Of a stretch of DNA of 64,000 bases, positions 1 through 9,790 are shown piece after piece. The notes beneath the pieces were generated by a model, which was not told where the DNA came from, did not search any database, and saw only the letters and a list, made by a program, of their open reading frames with translations. The stretch comes from Epithemia pelagica (lineage: Eukaryota > Protista > Bacillariophyta): positions 124,001 through 188,000 of the forward strand of contig OX337237.1 of the NCBI GenBank assembly GCA_946965045.2, read 5' to 3'. Position 1 is the stretch's first letter. The number at the start of each line of letters is the position of its first letter. The translations under genes and the position numbers were made by a program.

Positions 1-1321
1 CGACGCTGTCGCCCGACAAACTCCATAACATCGACTATGCACAGGATGCTGGAGTGTACCCCGAGTCTTTCCCATACTATGTACGTGGAAGGGATAGCCT
101 ACGCACGCACATCACCAAGCTATTCAACAGTCGAATCGCCATGTTTGATGGTGGCATGGGTACAATGATTGAAATCCAAAAGTACGGAAGGAACAATCAA
201 CTTGGTGAAACCGAGTTCAGGGGCGAACGCTTCAAGGATTGGACCTGCAACGTCGAGGGCAACAACGATTTGCTGTCAATCACCCAGCCTCAGATCATCC
301 GCAACATCTACCGTGGCTGCTTGGAGGAGGGAGGCTGCGACATCATCGGGACTAACACTTACTTATCAACCACGATCGCCATGGCCGACTACGAGATGGA
401 GGCATACGCGTATGAGTTAAACTACGAGGGAGCCCGTCTTGCCCGTGAGGCCTGTGACGAGGTCACAGCGAAAGACCCAACCAAGCCCCGCTTTGTAGTT
501 GGTACGATCGGTCCAACGAACAAAACTGGATCGATTTCACCCAACTCCGACGATCCTTCCGATCGTAATGTGACCTTCGACGAGTTAGTGGAGGCATACT
601 TTGAACAGGTTGTTGGTCTCGTTGATGGTGGAGTTGACATTTTGATGGTCGAGACCGTGTTCGATACGTTGAACGCAAAGGCCGCTGTTTACGCGATTGG
701 TGAGTTCTTAGAGATGAGCGGATTGGACATCCCTGTCTTTATATCTGTAACTCTTGTGCACGAGTCCGGTCGTACGCTTTCGGGTCAGACCGTCGAGGCA
801 TTCTACGCATCGATCCGTCACGCGAAGCCAATGTGTGTGGGCTTGTACTGCGGTTACGGAGTCTCGCAGATCACCCGGGATGTTGAAAAATTCGCGAAGA
901 CCGCGGAATGCTTCGTTCATGTGTACGCAAACACCAGCCGACCAAACGAAAAAGGCGAATACGATGACACGCCCGAGATGATGGCAGATCATAATGAATT
1001 GCTCTTCAAGAACGGCTTGCTGAATATGGTCGGAGGGTTTTCCACACCTGCTCATCTCAAGGCAATTCGTGAAGTCTCGGAGAAATACGCACCTCGGAAG
1101 CTTCCTGACGTCGGTCGTCCGAAAATGTGGCTGTCCGGCCTGGAAGATTTGGTTGTTGAGGACGTACACAACCATCTTGGATACCCCTTCTTGAATGTAG
1201 GAGAGCGTTGCAACATCTCTGGTTCGATGAGGTTCAAGAAACTCATGATGGCTGGCGATTATGGAACTGCAATGGACATTGCGAGGAAGCAGGTTGTGGA
1301 CGGTGCGCATGTGATTGACAT
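1..1321 (+). pseudogene. METH: Truncated duplicate of the METH 5' region (Hcy-domain repeat 1 plus the start of the pterin domain)
   Basis: Positions 1-1321 match 3337-4657 (offset 3336) with one substitution seen (G319 vs A3655, Cys vs Tyr). Identity stops after ...GTGATTGACAT at 1321. The C-terminal tail of ORF 54..1502 is read-through into transposon sequence. Confidence 0.93.
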
Positions 1322-2077
1322 TGTTGCAAATTCTTTCGCCCACAATATTGGTGGCATCCATCGATCCCATACATCCCATCATGCCCGCATTTTCGTAGTC
1401 CGAAGATCTGGCATCACTGGCGGTTTGGGGAATTGCTACATACATTTTGAAGAGGATAGTGCTTCCAAACTCAATGTAGCGATGAAAAAAAAACAACGGT
1501 GAACTTCACCGCATACTCCTGTACACTCCTCCAAGTCATCAAATGTCCAACCCCTGCCCAAATATCGCAGTGCACCTAGAACCAGTAGTTCAATGGGCGA
1601 TTTGTCCGCAATTTCTTGCTGGAAAGTTTCCCCAGCACCTTCTCTCCAACGGGCAAAAAAGGGAAGATGGGCGTCGTCGTTAACAACGGACAAATGTTGG
1701 AGGAACGCAGCGAATGGTAGTCGAAACCTCAAACGAAACTTGTTGAGAAATTTGGGATCGTCGGGACGAGGGTGAACAACGTAGGTGAGGTACCAGGGGG
1801 ACATCGTCGCAGTCATGGCTACCACATTGCCATTTTCGTCCCGTACAAACATATTCGCATTTGCATCGCGATTCCGGGGAATCGATCCACCCGATGGTTG
1901 CGCAGGGAAATTGTCAACGTCGGTGGAGACTTGAGAATCATCGTTGCAAATGATCGCAGTAGCCGCAGCAACAATATGGGCTTGTTGAGATGCGATCCGA
2001 CGCCTCTTATCAATCCAGTCTTCCTCATCAGCATAACAATCTTCATTGTCAGAATCCGCCATGGTGGACATATACAA
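1322..2077 (-). pseudogene. PIF/Harbinger-type (DDE_Tnp_4-like) transposase, 3'-truncated and frameshifted
   Basis: ORF 1436..2077 has KFRLRFRLP and SPIELLVLGALRYLGRGWTFDDLEE (HTH region). After a +1 shift in the A9 run at 1485-1493 it continues HRYIEFG...GMMGCMGSMDATNI, matching the Harbinger first-Asp motif GxxGxxDxTH. The sequence is cut at the METH junction just after this motif. Confidence 0.8.
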
Positions 2078-2170
2078 AAGACAAAAGGGACTAATACCTA
2101 GGTAAGTGGAAAGGCAGGACGAGAAAGTGAGGCCAAAAAGGGCGCGAAAGCTCTATTCCTAATGAATTTC

Positions 2171-2211
2171 CTGGATTTGTTCGAACAAATCCAGAGTTCT
2201 GGATTTGTTCG
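2171..2211. repeat. Perfect 24-bp palindrome plus a third copy of its half-site
   Basis: CTGGATTTGTTC-GAACAAATCCAG at 2171-2194; CTGGATTTGTTCG again at 2199-2211. Confidence 0.9.
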
Positions 2212-2328
2212 GAAATGCTCTTTTACCCGGATATATGACGTAAACGTGACGCAAAATGCTGACGTGCACGCAATCTCGATTTGGTTTTGCGAGCTAAAGG
2301 ATTGGCCTAAGAGGTAAATCTACCCTAA

Positions 2329-2480
2329 AGGGACCCGGAGGTCATATGACGTGTTCAGATAGGTCGAGAGACCCGGAAAAAAGGCCCTTGAGAGGAACCT
2401 GGATGTAGTGCGTTTTGCTCACCTATAGTCGCATGATTGGAGGTTAACTTGATAGGACTCTTTATAGGGACCCGGAGGTC
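2329..2480. repeat. 15-bp direct repeat AGGGACCCGGAGGTC (two copies)
   Basis: Copies at 2329-2343 and 2466-2480, with a partial GAGACCCGGA near 2368. Confidence 0.85.
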
Positions 2481-2782
2481 GAAGGATCACGTCGGTGAAT
2501 CCCGTCAGATGACACTTCTGCCGGTCGCAGGTTTGACCACGCACAATCACTCTTGCACACATGTGCCAAAACACGCACACCTCCAAGACACAATGAAAGA
2601 GAAGAATAGTTAGTTTCACAATTGATTGTATTTTCGAAAAAAATTGCATGTTTTGGGACGAAATTTGTTGCTTGATTTTCAGAGGACACGTTCTGGGAAG
2701 AAATTTTATCTTTTTGGTGTTTACCGAAGAGAGGGGTGGTTGCGATGATCGGGTTCCCGGTCACGTTCCATCACGTGCCGGA

Positions 2783-2804
2783 AAAAGGCCTATTTAGGCC
2801 TTTT
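2783..2804. repeat. 10-bp inverted repeat (hairpin) upstream of METH
   Basis: AAAAGGCCTA-TT-TAGGCCTTTT. Confidence 0.8.
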
Positions 2805-3050
2805 CCAAATATGGCATCCATCACCCTCGAGTATCTGACGTCAGCCCCAACAGCTGAAGCATTCTTTATGGGTTGAGCTGGGATCAGAACAGCCCACAAT
2901 TCACAGGTTTTCGCTAACCCATCGCGAACACGAGTCGAATTTTTTTTACGAAGGCCACGGGTTGTTTCTCCTTGACCGGGAAACCACGAGTTGTGTTACC
3001 TACAAAGCGTCCACCTCCCCCCCCTTTTGTTGGTGAATTTTTAAACGACC

Positions 3051-6000
3051 ATGAACTGCTTGTGCTGTCCCGTCGGAATAGCCACCAACCCGAAGTTTAA
3101 ATTCAGCTTCCAAACCAATCCAGATGTGGCATGTCCACCCTGCCCCAACAAAACTACGACACCTAGCAAGGGTAAAACTATTTACCCAAGGCTTGAATTC
3201 GACTACGACAAAGCCCCACCAAAACCAGCTGTTGAACCACCTTTACCAACTTATGAAGCCGCTCAAAATCATATTCCGAATCCATACCTGAACTCTAAGC
3301 TATCACACGAGAAGATCCTAGCCATTCGTGAGAAATCGACGCTGTCGCCCGACAAACTCCATAACATCGACTATGCACAGGATGCTGGAGTGTACCCCGA
3401 GTCTTTCCCATACTATGTACGTGGAAGGGATAGCCTACGCACGCACATCACCAAGCTATTCAACAGTCGAATCGCCATGTTTGATGGTGGCATGGGTACA
3501 ATGATTGAAATCCAAAAGTACGGAAGGAACAATCAACTTGGTGAAACCGAGTTCAGGGGCGAACGCTTCAAGGATTGGACCTGCAACGTCGAGGGCAACA
3601 ACGATTTGCTGTCAATCACCCAGCCTCAGATCATCCGCAACATCTACCGTGGCTACTTGGAGGAGGGAGGCTGCGACATCATCGGGACTAACACTTACTT
3701 ATCAACCACGATCGCCATGGCCGACTACGAGATGGAGGCATACGCGTATGAGTTAAACTACGAGGGAGCCCGTCTTGCCCGTGAGGCCTGTGACGAGGTC
3801 ACAGCGAAAGACCCAACCAAGCCCCGCTTTGTAGTTGGTACGATCGGTCCAACGAACAAAACTGGATCGATTTCACCCAACTCCGACGATCCTTCCGATC
3901 GTAATGTGACCTTCGACGAGTTAGTGGAGGCATACTTTGAACAGGTTGTTGGTCTCGTTGATGGTGGAGTTGACATTTTGATGGTCGAGACCGTGTTCGA
4001 TACGTTGAACGCAAAGGCCGCTGTTTACGCGATTGGTGAGTTCTTAGAGATGAGCGGATTGGACATCCCTGTCTTTATATCTGTAACTCTTGTGCACGAG
4101 TCCGGTCGTACGCTTTCGGGTCAGACCGTCGAGGCATTCTACGCATCGATCCGTCACGCGAAGCCAATGTGTGTGGGCTTGTACTGCGGTTACGGAGTCT
4201 CGCAGATCACCCGGGATGTTGAAAAATTCGCGAAGACCGCGGAATGCTTCGTTCATGTGTACGCAAACACCAGCCGACCAAACGAAAAAGGCGAATACGA
4301 TGACACGCCCGAGATGATGGCAGATCATAATGAATTGCTCTTCAAGAACGGCTTGCTGAATATGGTCGGAGGGTTTTCCACACCTGCTCATCTCAAGGCA
4401 ATTCGTGAAGTCTCGGAGAAATACGCACCTCGGAAGCTTCCTGACGTCGGTCGTCCGAAAATGTGGCTGTCCGGCCTGGAAGATTTGGTTGTTGAGGACG
4501 TACACAACCATCTTGGATACCCCTTCTTGAATGTAGGAGAGCGTTGCAACATCTCTGGTTCGATGAGGTTCAAGAAACTCATGATGGCTGGCGATTATGG
4601 AACTGCAATGGACATTGCGAGGAAGCAGGTTGTGGACGGTGCGCATGTGATTGACATCAACGTCGATGATGGTATGTTGGACGGTCTCGCGGCAATGCAG
4701 AAGTTTGTCAAGATTGCCGTGACCGAACCAGATGTGTGCAAGGCTCCGTTTATGTTGGATGCATCGAAATTTGAGATTGTTTTAGCTGGGTTGAAATGGT
4801 GTCAAGGCAAGCCAATCATCAATTCGATCTCATTGAAGGTTGGTGAGAAGCTTTTCATGGAACATGCGACATTACTAAAGAAGCACGGGGCAGCTGTGGT
4901 TGTGATGGCGTTTGACGAGGAAGGGCAGGCTGCAACAGAGGAAGACAAGGTTCGCATCTGCAAGCGTTCGTATGACATCTTGGTGGATCGCGTTGGTTTC
5001 CCACCAGAGGACATTGTTTTCGACCCGAACGTTCTTACGATTGGTACGGGCATGGAAGAGCATGCGAATTACGGAGTTGATTTTATCAAAGCCACGAAAC
5101 GCATCAGGGAAATCTGTCCTTACGCAAAGATTAGCGGTGGCATATGGAACTTGTCTTTCGGATTTAGAGGTGTAATGAAGATCCGTGAGTCGATTCACTC
5201 TGTGTTCCTACACCACGCAATTTTAGAGTCAGGAATGGATGTCGGCATCGTCAACGCACATGAGATGATTGGTTACTCTGATATGGAACCAAGTATGAAA
5301 GCTCTTTGTGATAATCTTGTGTTTAACAAGACAGAGGACGCTACTGAGAAAAAGCTTGAGTGTACTACGTATGAACGAAAAGTGATTGAGGCGCGCAAGA
5401 AGAATCTACCGCCTCCTGTTAAACCAAGAAGCCTCATGTTTAACCTCCCCAGGGTGGAATTTGATTACGACAAAATTCCACCAAAACCAGCTACTGAACC
5501 TCCTCTGCCAGTGTACGAGGCAGCGAAGAACCATGTCCCGAACCCATATCTAAATTCGAAATTTACACACGAGAAGATTCTAGCGGTTCGTGCGAAATCA
5601 ACTGTGTCAGCCGAAAAGCTAGCGAAGATTGACCACCCGCAGGATGCAGATCTTTACCCCAAGTCTTTCCCGCACTACGTCAGAGGAAGGGATAGTTTAC
5701 GCAGGTACATTACAGAGCTCTTCCAAACTCGGATTGTCCTGTATGACGGTGGCATGGGTACGAGTATCCAGAACTACGGGAAGAAGCACAGGCTTGAGGA
5801 AGAAGAGTACAGAGGCGAACGCTTCAAGGATTGGACGTGCAATGTCAAAGGCAACAACGACATGTTATCAATCACCCAGCCCCATGTTATTCAAGGAATT
5901 TACCGCGGCTTTCTGGAGGATGGCGGAAGTGATATCATTGGGACGAATACTTTCTCGTCAACAACGATTGCAATGGCTGACTACGATATGGAGCCATATG

Positions 6001-7703
6001 CGTATGAATTGAACTACGAGGGAGCCCGTTTGGCCCGTGAGGTTTGTGACGAGGTCACTGCGAAAGATCCGACGAAGCCCCGCTTCGTCATTGGTGCGAT
6101 CGGTCCAACGAACAGGACAGGATCGATCTCCCCTTCCGTAGAGGATCCATCAGCTCGTAACGTAACTTTCGACGAGTTAGTGGAGACATATTTCGAGCAG
6201 ATTGTAGGCCTCGTTGATGGTGGATGTGACATATTGATGGTGGAAACAATTTTCGATACATTGAATGCTAAGGCCGCCCTGTACTCTGTTGGGGAGTTCC
6301 TTGAGATGAGCGGAGTGGACATTCCTGTGTTTGTGTCTGGTACTCTGGTGGACCAGTCGGGGCGTACACTTTCGGGTCAAACAGGCAACGCATTCTATGC
6401 ATCAATCCGCCACGCGAGGCCCATGTGCGTGGGTCTAAATTGTGCTTTGGGAGCTATACCCATGACGCCCTTTGTGGAAAACTTATCGAAAGCCGCTGAG
6501 TGCTTCGTTCACGTGTACGCCAATGCAGGCCTACCGAATGCAATGGGTGGTTACGATGATACGCCTGAGATGATGGCAGATCAGAATGAGACTTTCTTCA
6601 AGAACGGGTGGCTGAATATGGTCGGAGGGTGCTGTGGTTCTACTCCGGCGCATCTCAAAGAAATTTACCGAAGGGCTGAGAAATATAAACCTAGAAAACT
6701 CCCAGATGTGTGTCGTCCGAAAATGTGGCTGTCCGGTCTGGAAGATTTGGTTGTTGAGGACGTACACAACCATCTTGGATACCCCTTCTTGAATGTAGGA
6801 GAGCGTTCCAACATCGCTGGTTCGATGAAGTTCAAGAAGCTCATGATGGCCGGTGATTATGGAGCTGCAATGGACATTGCGAGGAAGCAGGTTGTGGACG
6901 GTGCGCATGTGATTGACATCAACGTCGATGACGGTATGTTGGACGGTCTCGCGGCAATGCAGAAGTTTGTCAAGATTGCCGTGACCGAACCAGATGTGTG
7001 CAAGGCTCCGTTTATGTTGGATGCATCGAAATTTGAGATTGTTTTAGCTGGGTTGAAATGGTGTCAAGGCAAGCCAATCATCAATTCGATCTCATTGAAG
7101 GTTGGTGAGAAGCTTTTCATGGAACAAGCGACCCTGTTAAGGAAACATGGAGCTGCTGTGGTTGTGATGGCGTTTGACGAGGAAGGGCAGGCTGCAACAG
7201 AGGAAGACAAGGTTCGCATCTGCAAGCGTTCGTATGACATCTTGGTGGATCACGTTGGTTTCCCACCAGAGGACATTGTTTTCGACCCGAACGTTCTTAC
7301 GATTGGTACGGGCATGGAAGAGCATGCGAATTACGGAGTTGATTTTATCAAAGCTACGAGACGCATCAAGGAAATCTGTCCTTACGCAAAGATTAGTGGT
7401 GGCATATCGAACTTGTCGTTTGGATTTAGAGGTGTGACGAAGGTCCGTGAGTCGATTCACTCTGTGTTCCTACACCACGCAATTTTAGAGTCAGGAATGG
7501 ATGTCGGCATCGTCAACGCGAAAGAGATGTTAGCGTTGTCAGAGATTGAACCGGAAATGCTAAAAGCTTGCGACGATCTCGTGTTCAACAAGACAGAGGA
7601 AGCTACTGAGAAAATGCTCGAGGTTACACAAAAAGAGAGATTGGCAATGGAAGAGAGAAAGAAAGGTGGTGGTGCCAAGGCAGTCAAGAAAACATCCTGG
7701 CGT
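3051..7703 (+). CDS. METH: Cobalamin-dependent methionine synthase, 5' part: (Hcy-pterin)x2 up to the start of the cap domain, interrupted by a transposon
   Basis: Motifs YDGGMGT, GNND.LSITQP, TNTFSST, ETIFDTLNAKAA, GLNCALG, PNAMGGYD-like, GGCCGSTP, GERSNIAGS, IDINVDDGMLDG and ISGGISNLSFGFRG. Two repeats are offset by 2262 nt. The frame stays open to ...TGG CGT (W-R) at 7703. Confidence 0.96.
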
Positions 7704-7990
7704 CACTGCAAGTCATTTCCACATTGATTAAAGTTTTCTCAACCGAATATAATTAAGTCAATCGATTTCCAATTGACTAACTCAAGCCACACTTCCAAGT
7801 CCGACTATTCTGTACTAAGAACTGGATAAATATTAATCAATTTAACATCAACCGATCAATTTCTTAGCCAATACGTCCAACTGACTGAAACTTAAGTCAA
7901 TACTTGTCAACTGTCCAAAAATTTAATCAATACACATCAACCGAGTTAAACTTTTTTACCCGCGGAAACTTTAATCAGTCCTTTTCAAAC
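7704..7990. repeat. Left TIR and AT-rich subterminal repeats
   Basis: TIR at 7704-7715; TCAACCGA at 7739, 7848 and 7937, plus related AGTCAAT motifs. Confidence 0.8.
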
Positions 7991-8256
7991 TGTTCTAATG
8001 TCTTACACGTTTTTTTTGTCTCTCTCTCTCTCTCTCTCTCTCTCATATTATGTGTGTGTGTGGCCCGCGACAGACACACACACTATATATAGACACACAC
8101 AGCACATCGTCACAGAGCACTCTCACTTTTTTCTCATCTCTCTCTCTCTCGTCCTCACACGAAGACAAAATTTCGAGAGAGACGAGATAAAGACTGAGAG
8201 AGATTGGAAAGACACTTTTAATTCATATAGATTCATACAATATTGCTTCGACGTTC

Positions 8257-9288
8257 CTAATTCTCTGAATTCTCCTTTTGTGTTAAGTCAAAAATAAGGT
8301 GATGGTAGTCTCGCTTACGATCGTTTTTGCCCGAACCAGCCTCAGTCATCCTTTTTCCGTATAACGAAGCAACGAATGACAAGTCATCGTGTGTACCAAA
8401 TCGGAGAACACCTCCTCTGTATGACAATTTGATTGGGTTACTAGATAACGCCAAACCGGTTGTTTGGAATGATTCTTGAAGCGTGACAGGATGATAATCA
8501 CAATCCGACATGAAGTTTGCAAGGGTATATATATACTGAATACATTCCACTGGAGTGTGTCCTATCTTCAAAGACAAATCATCTTCATCCAATACACCCG
8601 ATTCACTTTGTTTCTTTACAATCTTGAGTACAAACTTTCGAAGTCTATACAATCCCACCCAAATATTCTGATGTCGGCATCGTCTTTGAAAAATAAGATT
8701 TCCAGGCTGCTTGTAACTTGGATGCTTGTTAACGAAGTACATCGAGACCGTGGTTGGCAGAGGATCAAGTTGATGTTTCGTTTTTTCCACATAGGAATAA
8801 ATCACGTGATGCCAGAATCTCGCAAAATATACATTGTGCATTCCTTGCGCCCATGAATGCTCTGTCCTTTTCAACTCTTCAAGAGTGAATACAAAGGTTG
8901 GGAATAAGACCTTGATTTCTTCATCTGGTTTTTCTCCAGATATCCAACGTAACTCCGTAGATTCATACAGTTCCTCGTTCATTGATCCACAGCCATCTTG
9001 AATTTTTGCGTGGTTATGCTTTGGGGGCTTTGGATGCCAGCTCAAACGTTTTGTGGGGAACAGTGGTAGGAAAAGCCGTAACCGAATAGTTGTAGCCGCC
9101 ACGTCAGGATCTTCGTCCTCATCTTGTTGTCTTTCCTCAAGTCGAGCGATAGTTATTGCTTTAGAGTCTTCCTGGTTGCGTAATTGGATTGCAACAAATG
9201 ATCCGATTCTCAAGGTGTCCATTAATGTCCAATCGAAATATGGCACTTGATTGACATAAACGGTTTCTGTATATGGCGAAGACGACAT
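8257..9288 (-). CDS. Transposon cargo ORF (~343 aa), BAH-domain-like N-terminal half
   Basis: Open ORF with ATG at 9288. The pattern IGSFVAI...TIARLEE...IRLRLFL...EELYES...IKV...NVYFARF follows the BAH strand order (by eye only). Confidence 0.55.
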   Translation of the reverse strand: MSSSPYTETVYVNQVPYFDWTLMDTLRIGSFVAIQLRNQEDSKAITIARLEERQQDEDEDPDVAATTIRLRLFLPLFPTKRLSWHPKPPKHNHAKIQDGCGSMNEELYESTELRWISGEKPDEEIKVLFPTFVFTLEELKRTEHSWAQGMHNVYFARFWHHVIYSYVEKTKHQLDPLPTTVSMYFVNKHPSYKQPGNLIFQRRCRHQNIWVGLYRLRKFVLKIVKKQSESGVLDEDDLSLKIGHTPVECIQYIYTLANFMSDCDYHPVTLQESFQTTGLALSSNPIKLSYRGGVLRFGTHDDLSFVASLYGKRMTEAGSGKNDRKRDYHHLIFDLTQKENSEN

Positions 9289-9790
9289 GGTCAACCAAGA
9301 CTTTTACTCTAACAGAAGGACTCCAAACGACTTCGTTTACACGTTTACCATGGCGCGATGATTATGTGTGTGATGTGTACCTCTGTTTTTTCATTCCTGA
9401 CCCATACATACATGCTTCTCGACTCTCTCTCATCTTTTCTCTCTCTTCAGTCGTTTTCCCACATCCGATGTGCCAATTCGAAAAATTTTGGGTAACCGTC
9501 TCCTAGATATCCTACCACTAATTACCCTCATGCGCGCCTACGATAAGTTTTTTCAAAATCATTTAAAGAAATATAACCGACAAGAATTGTCGTAAACCTC
9601 TATGTACTTTTTGCAACAAATGCATCGACTTCTCGATATTTTGTTACTTTCGAATATGACATAGAATATTATTCCAATTTATATGATATAACACCTTAGT
9701 ACTAATACTTTTCAGTAGAGCAAATTATGTACTCTACCAGATTCTCGTTCTACCAAACGCCTAGTTTTTCATATCCAAACATGTTTTTTA

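Larger units (their letters stand above)
1322..2310 (-). mobile_element. One-ended fragment of a Harbinger-like DNA transposon (outer boundary uncertain)
   Basis: Transposase fragment plus repeat-rich upstream DNA. A candidate terminus GGCC|TAA lies at 2304-2310; Harbinger TSDs are typically TAA/TTA. No second end is visible. Confidence 0.45.

Noticed and set aside
1485-1493. Programmed frameshift in the Harbinger transposase
   Set aside because: A single extra base in an A9 run is more simply a mutation or a sequencing error, and the gene is truncated anyway.
54-1502. 482-aa ORF as an independent short METH variant
   Set aside because: The last ~60 aa are antisense transposase sequence after the breakpoint at 1321.
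169-7687. Many short overlapping or antisense ORFs across METH, and likewise across the YR element, ALDH and the BIG gene
   Set aside because: They are shadow ORFs of long coding frames; they recur with the duplicated DNA and show no independent motifs.
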